A DNA stretch of 62,721 bases, taken from the NCBI GenBank assembly GCA_046118255.1, contig JBJNIA010000010.1, forward strand, positions 62,001 to 124,721, in the 5' to 3' direction. Below the pieces are notes generated by a model. That model saw only the letters and a list, made by a program, of their open reading frames with translations, made no database searches and had not been told where the DNA came from. Source of the DNA: Sluysia triapertura (lineage: Eukaryota). The position numbers and the translations under genes are program-made. Shown piece by piece: positions 40,112-51,070 of this stretch (position 1 is the first letter of the stretch; the number at the start of each line of letters is the position of its first letter).

Positions 40112-41038
40112 ATGAATTTAATATTTTTAGGGTCTACCGAATTAGCTAAAAATATAATCGAGCATATATACAAAACTAAAGAACATAAAATTAATTTAAT
40201 TGTAACAATTAAGGATTCTAAAAGAGATCGTAATAATGATATTGTCTTAAACCCAGTTGCTAATTTTGCTATCTCTAATAACATACCTCTTTTACAAACA
40301 TCAAATATTAATGAAGAAATAGAATATTTAAAAACATTCAATACCTTTAATATTTTAGTTTGTGCCTTTGGGCAATTTTTAAAAAATAATATTTTAAATA
40401 ATTTTAATTGTATTAATATTCATCCATCATTGTTGCCTAGATTAAGGGGCGGAGCACCTATTAACTGAGCTTTAATTAATGGTGATGAATATACAGGTGT
40501 TTCTATTATGAAAATGTCCATTAAAATGGATGCCGGAGACATTTACTTTCAAACTAGAATTTTAATTGATGAAAATGATGATTTTTTTAGTTTGGAAAAA
40601 AAAATTCTAGCCAATATTTTAGAAAATATTAATTCATGATTACTAAATATTGAATCTAACAAATTTACTTTAATTCATCAAAATGAAGCAAAAACCACAT
40701 TTGGTCTTAATATTTTGCCAAAGGATTTATTAATAAACTTCAATAATACAGGTAAAGAAATTAAAAATTTAGTTCGTGGAGTAAATAATATTGGTGCATT
40801 CGCTATTTGTAATGATAAAAGATACTTTTTTCTTAAAATTGATTACCAAATTTCAGCAAATTTTAATAATTATCGTAATGGAGAAATAATTTTTATCAAT
40901 AATAAAAATTTACATATAAAAGTTAGTGATGGATATATTAATGTTTTGATAATAAAAGAATCGGGTAAGAAAACACTAGATATCAAATCTTTTTTAAATG
41001 GTAATAAAAATTTAAAGCAAGGAGATTTGTTTGTTTAA
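40112..41038 (+). CDS. fmt: methionyl-tRNA formyltransferase
   Basis: IFLGS, CAFGQFL, NIHPSLLPRLRGGAPIN(W), MDAGDI. Confidence 0.95.
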
Positions 41039-41684
41039 AAATATTTCCAATGAAACAAAATTGAAAGCCAAGCAACGGTTATTTAATTTCTCATTATGCC
41101 CACTTTTAGCAGTAATAATTTTCATTTGAACATTTTTTATTAAAATTCCAACAATTAAAGGTGGATATTTAAATTGCACTGATATATTTATTTTATATTT
41201 AGCACTTGTTTATCGATCACCTTATTTGCTAATTGCAATTGCTGTCGGATATGGATTATCTGATTTTGCTGCTGGTGGGCCAATTTATATACCTGCAACT
41301 ATTTTTATTAGAGTGGTGTTTGTATTGTTAGTATGGCTTGTAACTAAAAAAACACGAAATTATCATATATTAAAAGATAAAAATAAATGAGTTAATAATT
41401 TATTAATGTTTTCTTATATTCTAATTTCTTATGTATTATTTCAAGCATTCATGGTTGGAGTTTATGCATTTTGAGAATATTTTGTTATTTTTGGAAATGC
41501 ATTAAAAGCACAAGTAATATCAAATTTAATTCTAAATTGCTTTCAAGGAATAGTCTGTGCTGTTTTAGGTTCACTTTTCACTTTTACATTATTAAAATCT
41601 AATTTTACACATTATTTTAAAAATAAAATTAAAATAAGTTATATAAGGAATATTAAAAATGACAAAAGTAATTCAAATCATTAG
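41031..41684 (+). CDS. ECF transporter S component
   Basis: TTG start after GGAG; IKIP..GGYLNCTD, GYGLSD...YIPATIFI pattern; absent from the ORF track. Confidence 0.78.
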
Positions 41685-42132
41685 AAGCTTGGCATTTATC
41701 TTGTCAATAGTAATTGCGTTAGTGGGTTTTTCCTTCACAGTTATTTTGATTGTTAATTGTTTTTATAGCAACGATTCAACATTAGCAATTAATAAAATTG
41801 CTAAGTATTATATTTTCGGCAATTATGGTGTTTATCAAAATATGGATATATTTCATATTAAAACTGTGGTATTAAATTGAATTGATACAAATGCAGTAGG
41901 TAAATTTTTATTTGCCATCATATGTTGTATAATTTCAATTTACTATTTAAAATTCTCAATCAAAGGAACAATTTTCTGTTCAATTTTAGAATTAATTATA
42001 GGAATTTTATTATTGGTGTTTATATTTTGACCAATAGCTATTTTAATCATTGTCTTAGCCATTCTAAAATTATCAACATATAGATTTAGTAAAAAATATA
42101 CTCCTAGAAAAAATGATCATAAAGATAATTAA
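41659..42132 (+). CDS. hypothetical membrane protein
   Basis: 157-aa hydrophobic ORF with AAGGA SD. Confidence 0.65.
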
Positions 42133-42175
42133 TTTTTATAATTTTTTATTCATTTAATTGGTAATATATATTAAT

Positions 42176-43975
42176 ATGGATATAAAATTTATAAGAAATT
42201 TTTGTATTATCGCTCACATTGACCATGGCAAAAGTACTTTGGCAGACAGAATTTTACAAATTTGTCATGATTGAAAAAGTGTTAAAAACGCTCAATTATT
42301 AGATGATATGGAATTAGAGAAAGAACGCGGTATTACAATCAAATTAAATGCAGTACAACTTAAGTATTTAGATAAAAGAACTAATACTTATTATTTGCTT
42401 CATTTAATTGATACTCCGGGCCATGTAGATTTTAGTTATGAAGTTTCAAGAAGTTTAGCTGCTTGCGAAGGAGCTATTCTTGTTGTAGATGCTAGTCAAG
42501 GTGTGCAAGCCCAAACGATTTCTAATGTTTATTTAGCTTTAGAAAATAATTTAGAAATTATTCCTGTTTTAAATAAGGTTGATTTGCCAGCATCTGAACC
42601 AGAGAAAGTTAAAAAGGAAATAGAAAACATCATTGGTTTAAATTGTGAAAATGCCCCTTTAATTAGTGCAAAAACTGGTTTAAATATTAACAAGGTTTTT
42701 GAGGCCATTATTGATCAAGTTCCTCCACCAACCGGCGATAAAAATAATAAATTACAAGCCTTAATATTTGATAGCTACTATGATAATCATCGTGGTGTCA
42801 TTATTTCTATTTGTGTTAAAGAAGGAAAAATTAAACTAAATGATGAAGTATTTTTAATGAATAGTAAATTTAGTTTTATTGTAAGAGAAGTTTTTATTAA
42901 AGATCCTGAATTAATTAATAAACAACAACTAGAAGCTGGAGAAGTAGGACTAATATCTGGAAATATTAAACAAATTTCAGATATAAATATTGGTGATAGT
43001 ATTACTTTAAAAAGTAACCCTGCAGATCAACCATTAAAAGGTTATAGAAAATTGCAACCAAATGTGTATGCTGGATTATTTCCTATAGACCGAAGCGATT
43101 ATGATAAGTTAAAAGAAGCATTAGAAAAATTGAAATTAAATGATTCAAGTTTACTATACGAACCTGAAGTTTCAGATGCCCTAGGATTTGGTTTTAGATG
43201 TGGGTTTTTAGGATTATTACATGCCGATATCATTCAAGAAAGACTTGAAAGAGAATATAATTTAAACCTAATTACTACATCACCGAATGTTGTATATGAG
43301 GTTATCACAACTAAAAATGAAAAATTAATAATTGATGGACCCAATAAACTTCCACCTATTCAACAAATAAAAGAAATATTCGAACCTTTTACAATAACTA
43401 AGATAATAACACCTAACGAATACATAGGTCCTTTAATGCAATTATGTACAGATGCTAGAGGAATATATAGAGAAATGGTGTATATCGATGATACAAGGCA
43501 AATGTTAGTATTTGAAATTCCATTGCAAGAAATAATTTATGATTTTTTTGATAAATTAAAATCATTATCAAAAGGGTATGCTTCTTTTGAATATGAAATT
43601 ATTGAATATAGACCAAATAAATTAGTTAAAATGGATATTTTATTAAATGGCGAGCAAGTAGATGCATTAAGTATCATCATTCATAAAGATAAGGCTTATT
43701 ATCGCGGTAGAGAAATTTGTGAAAAATTAAAAGATATAATTCCCAAAAAACAGTTTGAAATAGCAATCCAAGCTGCCATAAACCATAAAATAATTGCTCG
43801 TGAAACAATTTCTGCATATAGGAAAAATGTTCTAGCTAAATGTTATGGTGGAGATATTTCTAGAAAGAAAAAGCTTTTAGAAAAACAAAAAGAAGGTAAA
43901 AAACGCATGAAATCTGTAGGAAATGTTGATATTCCACAAGATGCTTTCTTAACAATTTTAAAAACAAATAAATAA
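42176..43975 (+). CDS. lepA: elongation factor 4 (LepA)
   Basis: [42 protein letters not shown]. Confidence 0.98.
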
Positions 43976-44044
43976 AAGTGGACTTATTTCCAAAAATATT
44001 TACAATACAAATGTGATCTTTATAAAAATAAATATAAATATCAC

Positions 44045-44283
44045 AGAAAAGCCATTTTCGTTTCCTTTGTTACATAAGTGAACTCCTTGTTTGTATGTTA
44101 TTATCTATAAATTCTATTAATTCATAATTTTTGTTCATTTTGTTCAAAAATAAATCAATCTATTTAGAAATAATTTAAATAGTTTGTATTAAAGGTTTTA
44201 ATAAATTTTCTCTTTCAATTTCGTTTAATTTGTTTTTTTGGTGGTGGTTTTTTAATGAGGGTCTTTTATGACCCTCATTTTTA
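44045..44283 (+). ncRNA. candidate regulatory small RNA (5' end approximate)
   Basis: 376-bp gap in a gene-dense genome; 5'/3' closing stem, internal hairpins, anti-SD/anti-AUG segments, strong terminator. Confidence 0.5.
44254..44283 (+). terminator. intrinsic terminator
   Basis: AATGAGGGTC-TTTTAT-GACCCTCATT perfect 10-bp stem followed by T-run on the + side only. Confidence 0.85.
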
Positions 44284-44351
44284 TTAATCTCTATAATAAA
44301 AAGCTTCATAATGTAGTAAAATAATAGTATAAAAATGGATTAGGACAAAAT

Positions 44352-45731
44352 ATGGATTATGATTTTTTATTAGGTTCAGTTTATGATAAAAAAGCTTACT
44401 TAACATATACAGAAAATAATTATTTTAGTAAGGAAGAAGTTGCCAAAACCATGGGCGGGCAATCTTCAGAATCAATTTGGTTAAATATTACTAAACATCG
44501 TAGTAAATTATTTAACTATTTGCCCATAAGATCTTTTGTTTCAAGATCTTTAAATGAGAAAAGTAATTTAAAATATTTTTTACCAAGTTGTATTTTAAAA
44601 AAACTTAATAAAGTTAATGAACTAACACAAAGTTTAAACACTTCTATTTTAATAAGAAAAATTATAAGTAATGAGGATAAAAAATTATTTACAGATCTAA
44701 AAAATTTTGATACTCAGTGTTTATATGATGAAATTTCTTCAATAATAGGGTCATATAACTCTTCTATATCTAAAGAAGATTATTTTAATTTAATAAATAA
44801 AAATGATGAAAACTCAGTGTTTTCAAATAAAACTGATAGATTTATATATGGTTTAAACAGAGTTATTGGATCCATGAATATAAATGTTTCCTTTGATAGT
44901 AAATTGATTCAATCATGAAATAAAATCTTATTTGGTAATAGCTTAAGCCCTTTACGAAATAAAAAAGTAGTTAATTCGAATGACAATAGTTCATACGGAT
45001 ATCCATATGATGTTGTATCATCAACATTTGAAGAACTATGTAATTTTATAAATGATAAATATAATTACTTGCCAATAGTTAGATTAGCTGTAGTTTTGTC
45101 TGTTTGTAGATTAGGAATATTATTTGAAAACAAAGTAAATGACATCTTTTCATTATTGTGTTTTTATTATGTTCTAAATCAACATTTCAATATTCTTTTT
45201 CCATGCTTAACAATTGCATCAACAATAATTCAAAATTATAGTGAAAAAATATCTACTTCTTTTAAAAATGTTTTAAAAAATGAAGGAGATATAAACTATA
45301 TTATTAATGTTTTATTAGATATTTTTGATACTAATCTTACTAAACTAGATTATTCATTGAATAATGAATGTTCTTTTAGTAACTATTTTTCATTTAATAA
45401 AAAACATGAAATTAGCAAAGAATCTGACACCAAAAAACAACAATCTACTGCAATTCATAAACACAAAAATCAAATTCAAGAAGCTTTTTACATCTTATTA
45501 AAAAAATATCCTGATATTACTAGAAAACAAGCTTGGTTTTTTGCAAACCACTGTGAACAGGATTTTAATTACACAATTAAGGATTTTGAGGTTTTTAATA
45601 AAAGTTGCCAAGAAACAGCTAGATATAGTTTTGAAAATTTAATTAAAATTGGTTTGTACAAAAAAGTAAAAATAAGTAAAAAATTTGTATATCAAGCACA
45701 AAAAACATTAGATAATATAATAAAAGGATAA
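44352..45731 (+). CDS. degenerate Fic-domain protein with C-terminal winged HTH
   Basis: Fic-like spacing (LR..V...YP...FEELCNFIN...PIVRLA) with the catalytic motif replaced by ILFENKVND; C-terminal TIKDF...ETARYSFENLIKIG. Confidence 0.65.
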
Positions 45732-45737
45732 TACTAA

Positions 45738-46364
45738 ATGAAATCATGATTAAAAAATTGTTTTAAAAAAAATAAAAGTGAGCAACATATAGATAATGTT
45801 GTTGAACAAGATGCATCATTTGAAGTGATGCAAAACACAACTCCAATAAAAATTGAAAAATGAACTTCTAACATTTCTAACAAAACAGAAACCAAGCCAA
45901 GCATTTTTACTAAAAAATCTAATAAAACTAAAATTCAAGGTAATAACACAATGACAGGATATGAGGATTCTTATAATCCTTCCATAAATATTAATCCTGG
46001 ATTAAAAGATGAATCTCAATTAAATAGAGAAAACATGAAGGTTGAAGACATAAAACCAGGGTATATTAATAATTTACCTAATCAAGAATTTTCTAGCCAA
46101 AAACCCAATATTAATTCAGAAAAAACTAAAAAACGAGAATCTTATATTAGTAACATCAAAAACCTAGTTAATGATGAAATTATTTATAATAATGTATTAA
46201 AAAATAATGACAATACCATTGAAAAGGAAATAGTTCCTGATACAAAAAAACATAACAAACCAATCGCTAAACCAATTAAAAAAGAATATAGTAATCCTGG
46301 AAGTAAATATTTAGAAAAACAAGAAAATAAATCAACTCAAATAAATTCTGAAGAAAAAGAATAA
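45738..46364 (+). CDS. hypothetical low-complexity K/N/E-rich protein (208 aa)
   Basis: Open frame from ATG 45738 under code 4, after AAGGA. Confidence 0.7.
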
Positions 46365-46432
46365 GTATTACCATAGTTTAAAATTTATTTAATTTTTTAT
46401 TGATATTTTTATTCTTATAAGATAATTAAACA

Positions 46433-47539
46433 ATGAATTCTTTTAATAAATCAACTAATGCCGAGCATTTATATATTCACATACCATTTTGTAAAAGAGT
46501 ATGTGATTATTGCGATTTTTATAAAATAGATAGTTCTAAAATAAAACCTGATTATTGTTTATTCACAAAGAAATTGTTAGAAGAATTAGATAGTTGAAAT
46601 TTCTTAAATAAGGTTCAAACAATTTATATTGGGGGAGGGACTCCCAATTCTTTACCTAGTAAATATTTAGCACAAATATTATTAGCAATAAAGAATAAAT
46701 TCCCTTACAAAATCAAAGAATTTTCTATGGAATTAAATCCTGAATTAATTACTTTATCAAAAATTAAAATTTTGAAAAAATATAATGTTAATCGAGTGAG
46801 TGTCGGAATTCAATCGACTAACAAAAAAATTCTTTTTTCTGTAAATAGAAATAATGGTAATAATTTGAGAAATAAATTGAATCTAATAAAAAATAATTTT
46901 AGTAATTTTTCTTTTGATTTTATATACAATTTGCCATTTCAAACTAAAAAGGATATAGAAAATGACATAAAATTAATTTCTTTATATAATCCCCATCATA
47001 TTTCTTGATATAGCCTAATTTTGAAAGAAAATACCCCATTATGAGAAAGAAATTACTTTATAAATAATGATTTGGATTATTTGTATTGAAAAGTAGTTAG
47101 CAATAAATTAAAAAAAATGCATTATAAAAACTATGAAATTAGTAACTTTTGTAAATATAAGAAATTTCAAAGCTTACATAATAGAGCATATTGATGATCA
47201 AAAGAGTGAATCGCAATTGGTCCTAGTGCCTGCGGTTTTTATTATGATAATGATAAAGGCGAATATTGTTATCAAACAAATTCAAAAAATGTTTATGCTT
47301 GAAAAGCAAATATTAAAGTAATGACTCAAGAAGAAGTATATTTTCAAAAAATAATGATGGGTTTAAGATTAGTGGAGGGTGTTAAGTTAAAGCAAGAATT
47401 TTCAAATCTTCCAGAGAAATACCAAACAGGTATAAATAGAAACATTGAATCAAAGCTATTAAAATGAAATAAAGAGTATTTACAAACAACAAGAAAAGGG
47501 TTTTTATTATTAAATGATGTTTTAGAATTTTTAGTCTAA
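46433..47539 (+). CDS. hemW: radical SAM heme chaperone HemW family
   Basis: LYIHIPFCKRVCDYCDF, IYIGGGTP, YEISNF. Confidence 0.9.
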
Positions 47540-47602
47540 ATAATTTTTTTTTGATAAAATTAATGTTGATTTATCTAAATCAAAATAATATTAAAGGGTA
47601 GG

Positions 47603-48922
47603 ATGCATATTAATATGGAAATTATTAAAAAGCGTGATGGATTAAAATCTATTGAAATTAAAAAAGATTTATATTGGGTAGGTGAAGAAGATCACGATTT
47701 ATCAGTTTTTGACATAGTCATGGTTACTAAATACGGAACTAGCTATAACTCTTATATTTTAAAAGGAGAAAATGGCGCAGTTTTGTTTGAAACTGTTAAA
47801 GTTGCTTATTTTGATGAATATATTCAAAAAATTAACCAAATTGTCGGAAGTATAAAAGACATTAAATATATTGTTATGAACCACACAGAGCCAGATCATG
47901 CAGGGTGTATTGAAAAAATATTGGAATTAAATCCAAATATAATTGTTGTAGGAACTAGTTTTGCATTAAAATTTTTAAAAGAAATAACTAACAATCAAAA
48001 TTTTATTAGTCATCCAATTGATGAAAAAATTCAAATTTCTAACTATGATATGTTTCCATACAAGGTTGTAGAGGACAAAGCAACAATAAGTCTTGGTAAT
48101 TACACACTTAAATTTATTAGCGCTCCTTATTTACACTGACCAGATTCAATGTTTACATATGTAAAAGAAATGAAGACTTTATTTACATGTGATGTATTTG
48201 GTTCACATTATGCATTTGATGGTGTTTTAATGTCAAAACTACCAACAGATCAAGTAGAAAAATACTGAGATTCATGTAAATATTATTATGATTGTATTTT
48301 TTCTCCATTTAAAAAATACGTTTTAGAAGCAATTGATAAAATTAAAGATTTAGATTATGAATTAGTTTGTGTTGGTCATGGTCCTGTATTAGATAAAGGT
48401 ATCAAGGATGTTGTTAAAAAATACGTTGAATGATCAACTGATCCTGTTCAAAAAGATAAAAAAATAGTAATAGTATCATGTTCTGCATATGGTTTTACAA
48501 CAACAATGGCAGAGGGTATTATTGCAGGTATTAAATCTGTTAATGAGTATGTTAAAATTAACCATTATAATATTGATGTACTTAACTACGGAAAACAAAA
48601 AGGTCAGATTCTAGAAGATATTTACTCAGCTCATGGGGTAATGTTTGGAACACCAACAATTAATGGTGACGCACTTCCTATAATTTGAGATTTATTAATT
48701 AATTTAAGTCCTGTAGTGCATAAAAATAAAGTAGCTGCCGCATTTGGTTCATTTGGATGATTTGCCGCCGGAGTAGTATTTGTAGAGCAAAGACTAAATC
48801 AATTACATATGAAAGTTATGCCAGGTTTAAGAGTAAACTTTAAACCATCAGAAGAGCAAATGAAAGTATGTACTACATATGGTGTAAATTTCATGAATGC
48901 AATTAATGAAAAATTTAAGTAA
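47603..48922 (+). CDS. fprA: flavodiiron protein (FprA; O2/NO reductase family)
   Basis: GTSYNSY, HTEPDH, LH(W)PDSM, TCDVFGSH, GHGP, flavodoxin domain SAYGFT...FGSFGW; start may be 47615. Confidence 0.93.
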
Positions 48923-48954
48923 TGAAAATAAATGAGAAAAAAACCAAATAAAAT

Positions 48955-49542
48955 ATGAAATTATCTAGAATAAACGCACTTTTATGATTTTTACAAGCGG
49001 CAGGATTTGCATTTTGTATATTTATCTATTGATTAATATTTCCTAATTATGTAGGGCTTATTAATACATCTAGATTTGAATCATCTAATATGGTGACATA
49101 TTTTGTAGTAAATTATTTCTATTTTTTCTTATTAATCCTAATACCAATTGCGTTTTTTTGAATTATTAATCTAATCTTAATTTGTACAGTAGGGAAAACA
49201 CTTGCAGGGATTTTTTATGATTTCTTTTTTACAAAAAACAAAATTAATAAAAAACATAATCTACTAAATAAACAACAGGATAATTGTAATACTCAACACA
49301 TTATGTTGAAAAATGAAATTAATGAAGAGAATTTCAATCGTATAAAAGATGGAGATTGATTTGTATTTTTACAAAAAACTATAGTTAATTTTATTTTCTG
49401 AATTCCAATTATCGGTTGAATTATAGCAATATGTTATTTTGTTTATACAACTATTTTAAATAAACAAATATATTGATTATCTTGTAATGACTTTCATAAA
49501 TATATTTCTAAAATTAAACGTATAAAAATTAGTAAGAAATAA
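48955..49542 (+). CDS. membrane protein, RDD-family-like
   Basis: TM segments followed by GKTLAG (cf. RDD GxTxGK); visible only with code 4. Confidence 0.55.
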
Positions 49543-49612
49543 TCAATTTTTAACAATTTAGAAAACATTTATATATAATAATTTAATAATTTTTTGAAAG
49601 AGTAATATCAAT

Positions 49613-50122
49613 ATGCTATTTTTAGTTAAAAAAATACCATTAATTTCTATTATTATGCGAATAGCATTGATATCTACGATTGTGCTTGCATGCATATATA
49701 TTTCTATATATTATTCGTATAATAAAGATGCAAATATTAACTTCTTAAATTACTTAGGATTTGCAGATCATAATAATATGAATAATTATTTAGGATCTAC
49801 TAGTCTTGGGGATTCATTAAGCTACACAAGCAGTTTTGAACTTAATTTTTTTAAAAATTTAGTTGCACCTTTTCCAATTTGATTTTTAATTTTTGCATTA
49901 TTTATAATAATTAAATTAATATTTTCTAAAAAAATATTTTTATCTTTTGATGCTATTTTAGTGGGCTTAATGTTAATATTTATGTTTTTAGTTTTGAACC
50001 AAAATGATATTGTATCTTTTAGTTTAGTGTATACTGCTCTTGCTATTTTAATTTTTTTAATGACAATGAACTTTTTATGAATAATTCTTGTAAGAAAATG
50101 TCTATTAAAAAACAAAAATTAA
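49613..50122 (+). CDS. hypothetical membrane protein
   Basis: 169-aa hydrophobic ORF across TGAs. Confidence 0.65.
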
Positions 50123-50134
50123 TATAGCTATAAA

Positions 50135-50998
50135 TTAGCTTTTATAAGGATTTAAAGTTCTAATTTGTTTAATTTCTTCTTTATAAGGTGGAACATTTTC
50201 AATATATGGTGTTTCAAGGATTTTTGGTATGTTATCAAATGCTTTATAGTATACAAATTTAATTATTGTTTCTAAACCAACAAAACCTTTACCTATATTT
50301 TCATGTCTATCTTTTCTAGCTCCTAAGGCATTTTTTGAATCATTAACATGCAAAACTACAACATTTTTGCACCCAATTACTCTATCAAAGTGATTCATAA
50401 CTTCATCAAATTTATTGACAATATCATATCCTGCATCGTTAATATGGCAAGAATCAACACAAACTTTTACCCTATTTTTATTTTTAATAAGATCCATTAA
50501 AGATCTTAATTGTTCGAATGTACAGCATATCTCTGTACCTTTTCCCGCCATTGTTTCAATCGCTATAACAACATCTAAATCTTGAGTATTTTCAATAGAT
50601 TTATTAATAACTTTAGCCGAGTTTATAATACCTTGTTCATACCCTACACCAATATGAGATCCGGGGTGTAAAACAAGAATTTTAGCCCCTATTTCATTTA
50701 CTCTTTTTATTTCATTAGTTAGAAAATCGGTTGCATATTCATATTGATTTGGGTTTGCTGGATTAAATATGTAAGGGGCGTGAACGACAACATTTTTTAG
50801 TAAAATATTTGAATTTTTAATTTTTTCTTTTCATTGCTCTATAAAGAATTTATTTAAATCTACTCTTTTTGTGTTTTGAGGCGCTCCTGTATAAATCATT
50901 AAAGCATTCGCATCATAGGATATTGCCTCTTCAAGAGATCCTAGCAAATAATCAGGAGCCTTCAAAGAAACATGTGAACCTATTATTAAGTTGTACAT
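50135..50998 (-). CDS. nfo: endonuclease IV
   Basis: [53 protein letters not shown]. Confidence 0.97.
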
Positions 50999-51070
50999 AA
51001 ACAGCCTTATTTTTAATTATTAATTATATTTTATCTTAAAATAGCCTTATTTTTAAATACTATTTTGCTA

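Noticed and set aside
44045-44253. 6S RNA or SRP RNA
   Set aside because: Both arms are pyrimidine-rich and cannot form the long rod; no SRP GGAA-loop motif seen. An Rfam scan is still advisable
44236-44283. T-box riboswitch (GGTGG before a terminator)
   Set aside because: Lacks UGGNACC and an antiterminator pairing; downstream gene is not amino-acid related
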